A DNA stretch of 64,000 nucleotides from Piedraia hortae CBS 480.64. Taxonomy: Eukaryota. The notes under the pieces are model-generated. The model saw only the letters and a program-made list of their open reading frames with translations, was not told the origin of the DNA and searched no databases. The stretch spans positions 124,001 to 188,000 of the forward strand of contig MU005987.1 in assembly GCA_010093745.1 (NCBI GenBank). Direction: 5' to 3'. Position numbers and translations under genes: made by a program. How positions within the stretch are numbered: position 1 is the first letter of the stretch; each line of letters begins with the position of its first letter. Shown in pieces: positions 33,800-44,867 of the stretch.

Positions 33800-35096
33800 T
33801 TACCAATGGCCGCGACCTTCGTAGCCACGATCGTATCCTCGGCCATCGCGATCGTCACGACGCGGGCTCGGGAAACGCCCGTACGGCTCTCTCCCACGTC
33901 CCGCTCCATATCTGTCATCCGGGGGTCCTCCACGGTATGGCGCTGGCGCACCGTACCGATCATCGCTGTACCTCCCACGCGCAGGCGGTGGGTAGTCGTC
34001 ACCAGGTGGGGGACGGCGTGGCGGATAACGTTGGTCATGCGGATCATCATAATAGCCACGAGGGGGCGGGCTTCGACGCCGATAGTCGTCGCGACGCGGG
34101 CTGTATCCACGGAAAGGAGGGCGTCGATCAAGAAAATGATCGTCAGCCGGAGGACCACGGCCGCGACCGCGGTAGCTTGGCGAGCGAGAGCGAAAGCGTT
34201 CCCGAGGCCGCGGAATCTCAGCCTGAGGGTCCGAAATGCAATGCACCGTGGAGCCTCTAAACTCGGTTTTGTCGAGCTTCTCCACGGCGGCAGCAAGATC
34301 CCCCGCAGTTTCGTATTCCACAAAGCTGACTTGTCAGTCAAACCCAAAGTAAGGAATGTACTTACCCCTTGGCATTGCCATTATCATCACGCTCCCGGTT
34401 CACTTCACTATAGACGACATCAAGACCAGACTGGCGTGCAAAGTCTTTGAGGTCCTGCGCCAGTTAGCTTGGATCAGCCTGCCTCCTTTTAACTGACCTG
34501 CCAGCTGGTTTCAAACGGCAGTTCGGTGATCGTCATGCGGTGGGCTGTACGTCGCGGACGCGGAGCCATCCGAGGCTGGTCGCCGTACCCATCACGCGGG
34601 CGGTTGTTACCACCACGGGCGAACTGCACCACTAGGCGTTCACCCATAAATTCGGTTCCATCTGAACCGTTAGCCAATCCCTTTACGAGCCCGTCCTACT
34701 TACGAAAGGCTAACACGTCAGCATTTCGTTCATGATGCTTTAGGCGGCACTTACCTGGAACCACATCGCGTGCGTCCATTGCGTCCTTGTACTCGATAAA
34801 GCCGAAGCCATTCATGAGCTTTATCTCCGTGATCTCACCGGTGCCATGACTTTTGAAGTGCGTCTCGACATCGGCCTTGGTAGCTAATTACGGCCGTTAG
34901 CATTGGTCAGGCCAGATCCGGCTCCAGATCCAATAGAGATATGCGGTTAAAGAAATAGTCCACATCGTAGTATGATACCGGAGGTCCAGGATGTTATGGG
35001 ATAATCAAGCGTACCATGGCGGGATAGATTCCCGAGATAAAGACGTGTTCCGCTTGAGCCACCTGGAGGCATATTGACTTTGGTTGGAGATTCCAT
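33800..35096 (-). CDS. srp2: SR-family pre-mRNA splicing factor with two RRMs (Srp2/SRSF4-6-like); exons 35096(or 35072)-35015, 34883-34755, 34709-34704, 34661-34498, 34454-34366, 34325-33800
   Basis: Spliced product TRLYLGNL..GFGFIEYKDAMDARDVVPAFHGTEFMGERLVVQFARG..TSWQDLKDFAR..GFVEYET, then an R/S/D/P-rich tail. SWQDLKD is the pseudo-RRM signature. Confidence 0.9.
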
Positions 35097-35268
35097 CGAT
35101 CCAGCTTTTGGTCCAGGCGATCCAGGGTGGGGCGGTGTAGAGGTGTGAGCGAGTGAGTGTGAGTGTGTGCATTCAAATCCCAACAGAACTAACCGGAAAA
35201 GGAGCACCACGTGACCTATAACCTAGCCGAATCGACAGGGGGTTAGCCGGCCGAAAGCATCAAGCACC

Positions 35269-37140
35269 ATGTCACTTCCCACTGTAGTCCGATCAGCTGT
35301 TCGGAGCAGGGCTCCGCGGTTGCCAGCCGTTTCTTTCTGGCCAAGAGCATTGGGTACGGATGCGAGGCGGAAAGTTGTGCCGCGATGGGGAGAACCAGTG
35401 CCATCGGCAAGCAAGCCTAGCTTGCATGTAAGACACCTTGCAACAGAAGCTCCCTTCGATCCCACGACGGTTGAGCGTGAGTCGGACCAGGTAGATGTGT
35501 GCATAGTGGGTGGAGGTCCTTCTGGCTTGAGTGCGGCCATCCGCTTGAAGCAACTAGCCAATGAAGCGGGCAACGATGAATTTCGAGTGCTCGTTCTTGA
35601 AAAGGCTGGAGAATTAGGGGACCACATTGTATCAGGCAACGTGATCGAACCATCTGCTTTGAACAAGCTCATCCCTGGCTGGGACGATGCTGAAAACCCA
35701 GACGGTTTCAAATCAATCACGCCGGTGAAAAAGGACAAGATGCGGTTTTTGACAAGATCCAGCAGCATTCCCCTTCCCGGCCCGCCGCAGATGAACAACC
35801 ACGGCAATTACATCATAAGCCTCAATCAACTGACCAAATGGCTAGGCGAACGGGCCGAAGCGGTAGGAGTCGAGATATATCCAGGGTTCGCCGCTTCGGA
35901 GGTGCTGTACAATCAGGACGGGTCGGTAAAGGGGGTTGCAACAAACGATCTTGGCATCGGCCGGGACGGCCGGCCAAAGGAGTCCTTTGAGCGTGGCATG
36001 GAGTTTCATGCACGGTGTACGCTGCTTGCTGAAGGCTGCCATGGCAGCTTGTCCAAAAAGTTGATCAAAAAGTTTGACTTACGAAGAGATAGTCAGCCGC
36101 AGACATATGGCCTGGGCATCAAAGAGGTCTGGGAAATTGATCCTTCCAAGTTCGAAAGCGGCTTGGTCTTGCATAGCTTGGGCTATCCGTTGCCAAAAGA
36201 TACATATGGCGGAGGCTGGATGTATCACTTTGGTGACAATCTTGTTTCGATTGGGTTGGTGGTTGGCTTGGACTATCCCAACCCGTGGTTGGCGCCGTAT
36301 GGCGAATTCCAAAAGATGAAGCACCATCCAATGTACAAACACTACCTTGAAGGGGGAAAGTGCATTTCTTATGGTGCTCGGACTCTCAATGAAGGTGGCT
36401 TCCAAAGCATCCCCAAGTGTGCCTTTCCTGGTGGTGCACTTATTGGCGACACAGCCGGTTTTTTGAACGTACCAAAGATCAAGGGTACACACACGGCAAT
36501 GCTCTCGGGCATTCTGGCTGCCGAGTCTGCCTACTCTGCGCTGTCAGGATCGAGTGACGGAGAGGGCGCCGTGTTTCTGTTTGATTACGAAGATAGACTA
36601 CGACAATCTTCCATTTGGAAAGAGTTGAGAGAGGTGCGAAACATGCGGCCGTCATTCAGCTCTCCCCTCGGAGTCTATGGCGGCATCCTCTACTCTGGCA
36701 TTCAGGCCTATCTTCTACGTGGGTACGAGCCATGGACGTTTCGACACCACAAAGGCGATTATGCGGCGACCAAACTGGCCAGTGAATGCAACAAGATCGA
36801 ATATTCAAAGCCCGACGGTCAGATTAGTTTTGACATTCTCACATCAGTGTCTCGCACCGGCACCAACCACGAAGAAGATCAGCCATGCCATCTCCAGGTA
36901 GCGGACTGGGATAAACATGCTCAATTGGAGTGGCCTAAATACAAAGGCATCGAGAATCGCTTTTGCCCAGCAGGCGTGTACGAATACGTGGAAGATGAGA
37001 GCAAAGACATCGGCATGAGATTCCAGATCAATGCACAGAACTGCGTGCACTGCAAGACGTGTGACATCAAAGTTCCCGACCAGGACATCAATTGGCAGAC
37101 GCCGCAGGGAGGCGAGGGGCCAAAGTATGTAATGACCTAA
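35269..37140 (+). CDS. CIR2: Electron transfer flavoprotein-ubiquinone oxidoreductase, mitochondrial
   Basis: DVCIVGGGPSGLSAAIRLKQ, GFLNVPKIKGTHTAM, Fe-S motif RFCPAGVYE..NCVHCKTCDIK, presequence-like N-terminus. Confidence 0.96.
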   Translation: MSLPTVVRSAVRSRAPRLPAVSFWPRALGTDARRKVVPRWGEPVPSASKPSLHVRHLATEAPFDPTTVERESDQVDVCIVGGGPSGLSAAIRLKQLANEAGNDEFRVLVLEKAGELGDHIVSGNVIEPSALNKLIPGWDDAENPDGFKSITPVKKDKMRFLTRSSSIPLPGPPQMNNHGNYIISLNQLTKWLGERAEAVGVEIYPGFAASEVLYNQDGSVKGVATNDLGIGRDGRPKESFERGMEFHARCTLLAEGCHGSLSKKLIKKFDLRRDSQPQTYGLGIKEVWEIDPSKFESGLVLHSLGYPLPKDTYGGGWMYHFGDNLVSIGLVVGLDYPNPWLAPYGEFQKMKHHPMYKHYLEGGKCISYGARTLNEGGFQSIPKCAFPGGALIGDTAGFLNVPKIKGTHTAMLSGILAAESAYSALSGSSDGEGAVFLFDYEDRLRQSSIWKELREVRNMRPSFSSPLGVYGGILYSGIQAYLLRGYEPWTFRHHKGDYAATKLASECNKIEYSKPDGQISFDILTSVSRTGTNHEEDQPCHLQVADWDKHAQLEWPKYKGIENRFCPAGVYEYVEDESKDIGMRFQINAQNCVHCKTCDIKVPDQDINWQTPQGGEGPKYVMT

Positions 37141-37511
37141 GTAGAGTCAGATTTATGTTCGTGGCCGAGCTATCGGTAAAGCTGGTTTCCATCACATTGC
37201 CTGATCAGGCAAGCTAGCTGTCGCGAAGTTAAGAGATGACGAATGCCGTCCTAGAATGAATGGCAATGAATCCAGAAGGGAAATTTTCCACCGCATCTAT
37301 TGAGGTCCAAAAACTTTGAACAAGGGGCCACGTCATCAACCATGGCGGCGTTCCGCTTTCTTCACTGATGGCGCAGAGAAGGCCGACAAGAACCATCAGG
37401 CATACTGTTCGACGCAACTACTTGAGGATTCATGAAGAACACCAAAGGCCAAGTGTATTCACGGAATAAAGGGCATGACTGACAAAGCATTGCTTCGTGG
37501 CAACGGTCTAA

Positions 37512-37607
37512 CCAATCAACTGGCGCTTACTTAACCAATCAGGGACCGCACTAGCGTCGGGCGAAACTTTTTCCGATGGTCCGAGCGTCACGGGGCTCGA
37601 CTATAAA
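37512..37607 (+). promoter_or_regulatory. TBP gene core promoter: two CCAAT boxes and a TATA box
   Basis: CCAAT at 37512-37516 and 37535-37539 (both within AACCAATCA), TATAAA at 37602-37607, then a pyrimidine-rich tract; probable 5'UTR intron 37815-37902 (GTGAGA..GCTAAC..TAG). Confidence 0.55.
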
Positions 37608-37935
37608 GGAAGTGGGTTCCCCTCCCAAATTTCGCTCTCTCCTCGCTTCCTCCTCGGCCGCCACTTTTTTTCGTAGCTGCGTATTCCAAGACTTCTGGCA
37701 CCACCCACCAGAAACCAACCTCAAACACATTCCCTTCCCATCTTTCACGGCCCTGGCAAGAGCGAGACGCTTTCACAGTAGCAAGCTTCCGCGTCACACG
37801 CATTCCTCTAAACAGTGAGAGAGACATTCGATTGTACTTCTCCCACTACTGTACGCATCACGCTGTTGCCGTTCAGGTGCATCTTGGTGCTAACCACTCT
37901 AGATCGCACTCTAGACACGTGCAACGCTCGTCGCA

Positions 37936-38765
37936 ATGGAGACTCCGTACATCACTCACCCTGCCAATGCGCAGCAGGCAAAGGACTTCCATGCTCCTAA
38001 CTCGCTGTCGTTTCCTGGTGCTATGGGTAACCTCACACCCCCGTCTGAAGCCCAGTCACAGCAAATGGCCATGCGCAATGGCCAAATGTCCAAGGCTAAT
38101 GGTAATGGCGTCAACAGCGCTGTCGCGCCGGCCACGCCAGCCGAGACCCCCGCGGCAGGGCAAGGATCGAGTGGCATAGTTCCAACGTTACAGTGAGTAC
38201 CTTGCCGTTTGACCTTTTGTCGTTGTAGTTCTGACCGCTTTGAAGGAACATCGTGGCTACTGTCAACCTCGACTGCCGCCTCGACTTGAAGACTATCGCC
38301 CTTCACGCTCGCAATGCCGAATACAACCCCAAACGCTTTGCTGCCGTTATTATGCGCATTCGCGAGCCCAAGACCACTGCCCTCATCTTCGCGTCCGGCA
38401 AGATGGTCGTCACGGGTGCAAAGTCTGAGAATGACAGCAAGCTTGCCTCACGCAAGTACGCGCGTATCATTCAGAAGCTCGGTTTCAACGCCAAGTTCAC
38501 CGACTTCAAGATCCAGAACATTGTCGGCTCATGCGACATCAAGTTCCCTATACGTCTCGAGGGTCTTGCAAGCAGCCACCACATGTTCAGCTCGTACGAG
38601 CCCGAGCTTTTTCCTGGCTTGATCTACCGCATGCTGAAGCCCAAGATAGTGTTGCTTATCTTCGTGTCGGGCAAGATCGTGCTGACGGGCGCCAAGGTGC
38701 GTGAGGAGATTTACCAGGCTTTCGAACTTATCCACCCGGTGTTGTCGGACTTCCGCAAGACTTAG
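37936..38765 (+). CDS. SPT15: TATA-box binding protein; exons 37936-38192, 38246-38765
   Basis: [67 protein letters not shown]; intron 38193-38245 (GTGAGT..CTGAC..AAG). Confidence 0.98.
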
Positions 38766-39529
38766 AGGATGCAGAAAGAGGTGTAGGACTATCATTCGAC
38801 GCGAAGTGGTTTCTGCATGGCGAGGCGTTTAGGCATCTGGCGTTGTGTATCATACGGAAACAGACCACACTTTGTTGGGATCGTGCTCGTCCAATGTGAT
38901 GGGGGTCTCTGTGGTGTGAGGGCAATGCAGTCTCGTGGTATTGAGAAATGCCTCGAGCGTTTGCGGCGTTCGATTCATTGTGAACGCGTCTTTGTCGCAG
39001 CCTTGGGCGTGTTCGTGGTGATGTAGGTTGTAGGTTGCTCGCCACACGCGTGAAAGCCGCAATGTTGTGACGGCATGGAAAGAGGCATCAGGGAAACGCA
39101 CGCTCCAAATGTCGATCTGCGGCAGCCGTCCGTTCGCCCCCTGATCTAACTCCCTTGTCATCCACGCGACGCGCAACGTGTGGGCGTTTCAGCCACAGCA
39201 CACCCACTCCCTGCAAGCGCCCGCCACTGCCGTCTGCGGCGCCAATCATTTGATAGGATGACTTCCTGTCCCTTGCCCAGCCCGCGCGTCAGGTTGTTGT
39301 CAACACCAGAAATACATCCCAGGCTAGGCGCACTGGTATAACCGGTCCAACGTACACCATCCATCAAAACGTGCCTTGGTTGATTGCTATATCGGAGTTC
39401 CCAATTCCCTAACTTGACGATCCGCCCTACTCGAATTGGAGCGTTAGCTTAGATAGTGAGAGTGAGAGCGAGGAAGGATCAGACGAAGAGGACGGCATAC
39501 GACGTGAAGAACTCGAACACGAGTGGAAA

Positions 39530-40387
39530 ATGGCAGGAGATATGACTGCACAGGATGCAGTCACCAAACGTTCCCTCTTCAAGCAAGTGCGCACCATGCT
39601 GCACAGTCGCCCGTCACAGGACACAAACACGGCTTTTCAAGCTGCGCGCGACCCTTCGCCTTCACTACCGAGACATCACAAACAACTTCCCATTGTCATT
39701 CCGCTGGACGAAGGAGATAGACGGCCTATCCCGCCGTCAAAAGACGGATCTGACTCCCCGCGCTTCTCTCCGTCAACGTCGCGCACTCCCCTCAGCGCGA
39801 CAATGACTGGCAACGAGCAGCTGCGTCCGGCACCGCATACCATCAAACGAAAGCCCACACCGTCGCAGGTTGCAGCGTCCCAAAAGGAAAATGAATCGAC
39901 AGTCGGGACCGGAAGTCAACGTTCTCTGACGCCCGAAGAACCTCGTCTTCCCAAGTCAATGGCCCCAAGCAATATGCCTCTGCAATCCATTCTTTCCCGT
40001 ACTCGGCCGGTATCCCGAGGAAATGATAGTTGTCAGAGTGGATCGTCATCCCGCCGTCCTTCATTGACGAAGGTGAAGGCGCTTCCTTTGCCTCCGGAAC
40101 TTGCCAATGCATCAAACTCCCATCTGGAACATTTGGAAGCGCGTGCACAGGACCTCGCGCAGCAGCGACGCAACGTCCAAAAAACAATCAGTGAGTTAGC
40201 CAAAGTAGAAAAAGCGAGCCCGATGGAGGTGGACTTTGCTACCGTGCGCGATGCAAAGAAACGCCTTGTGGACTACCAGAGCCGTCTTGACGAAGTCATT
40301 TTGGAAGAAACAGAAGTGGGCATTTTGATTTCAAGAGCGAGAAGGAGCGAGGAGGGTAATATGTGGGTTAGAAGAGTCACAGGATGA
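39530..40387 (+). CDS. Hypothetical protein: S/P-rich region plus C-terminal coiled coil ending WVRRVTG
   Basis: 285-aa ORF with a heptad-like C-terminal region (LEHLEARAQDLAQQRRNVQKTISEL...). The start is uncertain. Confidence 0.65.
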   Translation: MAGDMTAQDAVTKRSLFKQVRTMLHSRPSQDTNTAFQAARDPSPSLPRHHKQLPIVIPLDEGDRRPIPPSKDGSDSPRFSPSTSRTPLSATMTGNEQLRPAPHTIKRKPTPSQVAASQKENESTVGTGSQRSLTPEEPRLPKSMAPSNMPLQSILSRTRPVSRGNDSCQSGSSSRRPSLTKVKALPLPPELANASNSHLEHLEARAQDLAQQRRNVQKTISELAKVEKASPMEVDFATVRDAKKRLVDYQSRLDEVILEETEVGILISRARRSEEGNMWVRRVTG

Positions 40388-40819
40388 TGATCAGGATCCC
40401 AGGGCTGTGTTTCATCAGGAGGGGCTAGGTTGGGGGCGTCTGCCGGGTTCCTGAGAACGCGGTCTTCTTCCTTGCGTTGTTCAACCCTTTCCTTGAGTCT
40501 CTTTGCTGAGTTCCTACTGTAGCTTCTCCTCGTATAATCTTGTAATGTCGTGCTCGCGAGAAGACCTATCAATGCACGCCGAAACGTCAAGCAGCAAACA
40601 ACATAAGGCGAGTGGGCTTCAAGATCTTGGCATGGTGGATTAGACCTGTACATGATGGATTAAGCCTGTAGATTCTAATGCTAATTGATATTGTTCAAAC
40701 GATCATACTAGCAGATGAAGTAGGATGCGGGGCAAGACAAGCAGTGATGTTCCAGCCCCGCTGGCGATGAAGTCATGGAGTCCATCACCACCACGTGCCC
40801 AACGTTCTTAAACCCAACA

Positions 40820-41337
40820 ATGGAGCTCCCGATGTGAGTTGAATCGCTGCAGGTCTGAGGCTTGGCTAATTGTGCAGCGCGCCTGTCAACTTGGTGCTGT
40901 TGGTCCTATTTTCGCTGCTGCTGTACGCCCGCTTCCGACCTGCGCAGGCGAGCCCAGCCATCCTGCCGCCAACCCCAGCAGCGACAGTCTTTCGCATCTT
41001 CACTCCACCGCAACTCCTAGAATTCGACGGTCGCGACGGGCGGCCCGTGTACCTGGCCGTACGTGGCAAGGTCTTCGACGTTACACCCGGCCGCAACTTT
41101 TACGGGCCAGGAGGGCCGTACGAGAATTTCGCGGGGCGCGATGCATCGCGTGGGCTGGCCTGCAATTCATTCAGCCGCGAGATGTTGACGTCGGACCTCA
41201 ATGGCCCATTGGACCAGCTGGAAGATCTTGGTACGGAGGAGATGTCGTCGCTGCGCGGATGGGAAGAGCGCTTCGACGAGAAATACCTGGTGGTGGGCAA
41301 GCTCGTAGCGGTCAATAATAACGCGGAGATCGAATAA
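40820..41337 (+). CDS. DAP1: Cytochrome b5-like heme/steroid-binding protein (MAPR/PGRMC1 family); exons 40820-40833, 40878-41337
   Basis: N-terminal TM anchor, FDGRDGRPVYLAVRGKVFDVTPGRNFYGPGGPYENFAGRDASRGLA, KYLVVGKL; intron 40834-40877. Confidence 0.92.
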
Positions 41338-41543
41338 TTCCATCTTCGTACTCTTTCCCAATTGAGAATATCCCCAACCAACCAACGGCCAATCAAGGCA
41401 TGCGTGCGGGGCTCGACGTCACTAGCGGCTACCCCAGCCTCTTGCTCTCCCGACTCACCGCGCGCCCTGGGAAAGTGCGCTTTGTTTTGAACATCCTTGA
41501 ACACCCATCGCGAGCATATTCATCTGTTCACAACTTGAGCACA

Positions 41544-42150
41544 ATGTCCGACGCAAAAAACACGAGCGAGCCAGGTGAGTGCTCCGCCTAGCACTGCAAA
41601 CGCGCAATGTTGATTCGCGCCTAGTCGCCCCCGGCGCATCCGCTGTCGAGTCCGCGCCAGCCATTGGTGCCACCGCCCCGACGCAGGAAGTCGCTCCCGA
41701 GGCCGCCCCCCCCACGGAGACCGCGCGCGACGAGGCCAACAAGGCGGTTGGGGAGGCCGAGCAGCCGGCGACCGAATCAGTCGTGCAGCCATCCGCGGTG
41801 GACGGCGCCGCTACAAAGGATGAGACTGCTGCAAATGAGAATAATGAGGCCGAAGCCCAGGAAGTAGGGAAGGCAGACGAGCCCAAAGAAGACTCAAAGA
41901 CAGAGCAACCCGAGGAGGCCTCTTCTGAGGCGGCACAGACTGGTGAGAAGCGCAAGGCAGATGCCATAGATGAACCAGTCCAATCAAAGAAACAGAAGAA
42001 AAAGGCCGCTCCCAAGAAGCCAGGCCGACAGGTCAGTCCCCTTACTGGAAAAGGGTATGCGATACTGACATGTAGAAGCGGGCTCCAAAGAAAGCAGCGA
42101 CCGCCACCGGTGAGCCGCGGCGATCTGGACGGATTGCGACCAAGTCTTGA
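41544..42150 (+). CDS. Small disordered A/E-rich protein with basic C-terminus; exons 41544-41574, 41625-42031, 42076-42150
   Basis: Introns GTGAGT..TAG and GTCAGT..CTGAC..TAG give MSDAKNTSEPVAPG...GEKRKAD..KKQKKKAAPKKPGRQKRAPKKAATATGEPRRSGRIATKS*. Confidence 0.7.
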
Positions 42151-42831
42151 TTTCGTCTTGCTTCTAATGTCAAGGTTGGGTCAGGTTAGGCTCCGGTAGG
42201 CTAGGGCAGTGTATCATAATGCTTATGCGTTCTTTGGTGCGTTCTTTGGTGATCAGTGAAGTTTGCATTGCAGGTACCTGCAAATGCGGCTCAGCTTGGC
42301 AGTATTTCATTGACACTGGGCGATTGCCCACTGTTCGACTGCCTTTGTGCGAGATCATGTAGGCATGGTATATCTGGCTATCCTCACCAAGTAGATCCGT
42401 GTGAGATTTAAGGAGATACCGAACAGGTCGAAGCAACTACAACGAAATTCCATGTTCGTCTGATATCAACAAGACTTGTAGGGAAGTACCTGAAGGCAGG
42501 ACACGATACCACTTCAACACCAAAGCTTGACCAAATGTAGGTCAGTTGAAGGAAAACAAGAATTCACCAAACTTGGATATACAATGCACTGGATAAAGTG
42601 ACCTTTCTATCGTTCTTTACTGTCTACGAGGTCGCGGTCAAGCCTGCACAAACACCCGTCCACAATATTCGGGGTCGACGTTACTCAGATCCATAAAACA
42701 GACGAGCACCACCGATATTCACTGGCAAGACTCTGGAAAAGCAAAAAGTTGGCATATCATTTTGAATTACCAGTTTGAGCCAGTCTAGAGTAAGACACAG
42801 CTTTTCATGTTGCTGAACTTATTGTCATGAA

Positions 42832-44696
42832 TTATTTGCGCACAATGAGCTTCGTTTGGGGATCTTGCTTGCACGTCTTCCGCACAAGGGCGATGAACTC
42901 GGACATGCGGTCACTTGTAAAGCGCGACCTGAACATGGCGACCACATCAGCGATCTTCAGACCACCTGGAGGGATGGCACGCCGGATTTCGTCTGCGGTA
43001 GGAAGGGTTTGAGCATTGCCTGGGCTCATTGGGGTATCTGTACCCTTGCCAGGGAAACTCTGGGTGGCAATTGGACTTGGAGCGCCTCTGGAGTTGGCAG
43101 GGCTGTGGGCTCGGCTGGACGGTTTAGGCGTAGACCTCGTAGAAGCCGACAGCGAGGTCTTACCCACAGCCGTCTTTACAGGCCGTCCCAGGCGAGATGG
43201 TTCTACGTCACTCGCCGTGGCTACAAAGTCAGTGGGCTAAATAGATCAATCGCTGATTGTAAATACTTACGAGACTCTTCACCGCCTGTTAGCCTGGATC
43301 TCTTAGTCTTTCGCGAGCCTTCGTTGCCGCTCAACTCGGACGCATCGGCATCACGCTTGAGGGACTTTACGGTGACTTTCTTTTCGGAGCGGCTGGCTGG
43401 AGTGTTGGCGCCTTTGGTGGAAGTCCCACGCTCATTGCGCTTCGAACTCGTGTCTGACAGGCTTGAATCCGAGTCAAATTCGCTGTCGTCCAGTCCAAGA
43501 TCCGAGTCGGACTCGTATTCCTCACGTTTCTCTTCTTTCATCAATCTACGCCGCAGTTTCCTCTGCCTACGCCGTGTCTCTTCTTCCTCAGCCTGAGCTT
43601 TCCGTTCCTCCTCGTCCCAGTCACGGTCTTCGTCCTTGATGCCTGTCCCGGCCAGGTTCGCCTGACGTTGCTCTTCACGCAGCCGGCGTTCAATGTCCTT
43701 GAATTCTTCCTCAGTTTCGCCGAACAACTGCCCTTCATCATCGTCTTGGAACTCGTCCTTGGTCTCAAAGTCGAGCTCGTCTACGTCAGCCCTGTAATCG
43801 GCTTTTTCAACCATGCCACGCACGTCTTCATCGTCACTGTCACGCTTGATGGCGCGTCTGCGGCGATCTGCTTCCTCATCTTGGTTTTTCAAGATCCAGC
43901 GCGGGGCCTTATCTTTGCTCTGCATGATTTTCTCAATGCGTTCAGCCGAGAGCGCCTGGACGCGGTCCTGGCGCGTCATTTTGTACCATTTCTCAACCGG
44001 AATGATGTTGAAACCACCGCCGGAAACCTCAAACAGCACGCTGGACTTTGACATTGGCTCCTCGTAGCTGCTAGCCCACTTCTGCGTACGATTAAAGTCT
44101 TCCATATGCCACGGCCGCGACTCCTCGTACCGTAGTTTGTGCTTCCGGGCCTTCTCTGGATCAGCGTCGTTGTAGAAGATGTCCTCCACGTTCTTGCTCT
44201 GGTTCTTCTTACTTCCAACTTTGCGCGGTTTGCCTCCGGGAGCGATCATGGCCATGTTGGCGCTGCGCTGAAGATCCTGTTCCGACGGCTTCGCCTCTCC
44301 TTCGCCAGCCGCCGTGTCCGACCCATCACGGCCGTCCTTGTCCTGGTCAAGCTTGCGGAAAAGGTGCACAGGGCGCATAAATTGCGACGGATCATACGGG
44401 TTGATGACGAGCGGCTTTCCATCCTTTCCCTTTTGCGTCGTCTGGAACTTGAGCGCGTGGAATCTCATGCCCGCGCTCGCCGCGCTCTTGTCGATGAAGA
44501 TCTCAAACGACGTCCACTCCTCAGGGTTGACCTCATCCGTTTTCTTCTCCTCAACCTCGGTGCGCGGTTTGGGTATGGCCGGGCGGCGGACGGCATCTGC
44601 TGGCGGCGTTTTCTTCTTAGGCGTGAAGATGCTGGGCTTGGACGCCTTTTTGCGGACGCACCCCGACTTGTCAGGGCCAAGTGCGGGTTTAAGCAT
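42832..44696 (-). CDS. TFG1: Transcription initiation factor TFIIF alpha subunit (RAP74); exons 44696-43271, 43220-42832
   Basis: RFHALKF..RPVHLFR, YEESRPWHMEDF, FNIIPVEKWYKM, acidic EFQDDDE region, C-terminal winged-helix-like PTADEIRRAIPPGGLKIADVV; intron 43270-43221. Confidence 0.88.
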
Positions 44697-44867
44697 TGTG
44701 GTTGTAGTTGTGTAGAGTTTCGCGGCGTTGTCAGCAGCAGCTGGGAGGGTCGCATGCCAACGCGTGTTTGAGTGAGTGGTCAGCCCTGTCGCGCCGGCCC
44801 GGTCCGTTAGCGTAACTAGTCCTCGCCCCCACCTTGACTTCACTTTGCTTGTCCTCACACGTTGGGG

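Noticed and set aside
33772..34450. Long overlapping ORFs in several frames around the SR protein tail
   Set aside because: High GC and repetitive Arg/Pro/Asp codons suppress stops; only the 34325-33800 minus frame fits the SR protein.
42856..44771. Antisense ORFs over TFG1, and similar ones over NCA2, IMH1 and LYS2
   Set aside because: Shadow ORFs opposite well-supported genes, with no protein-like motifs.
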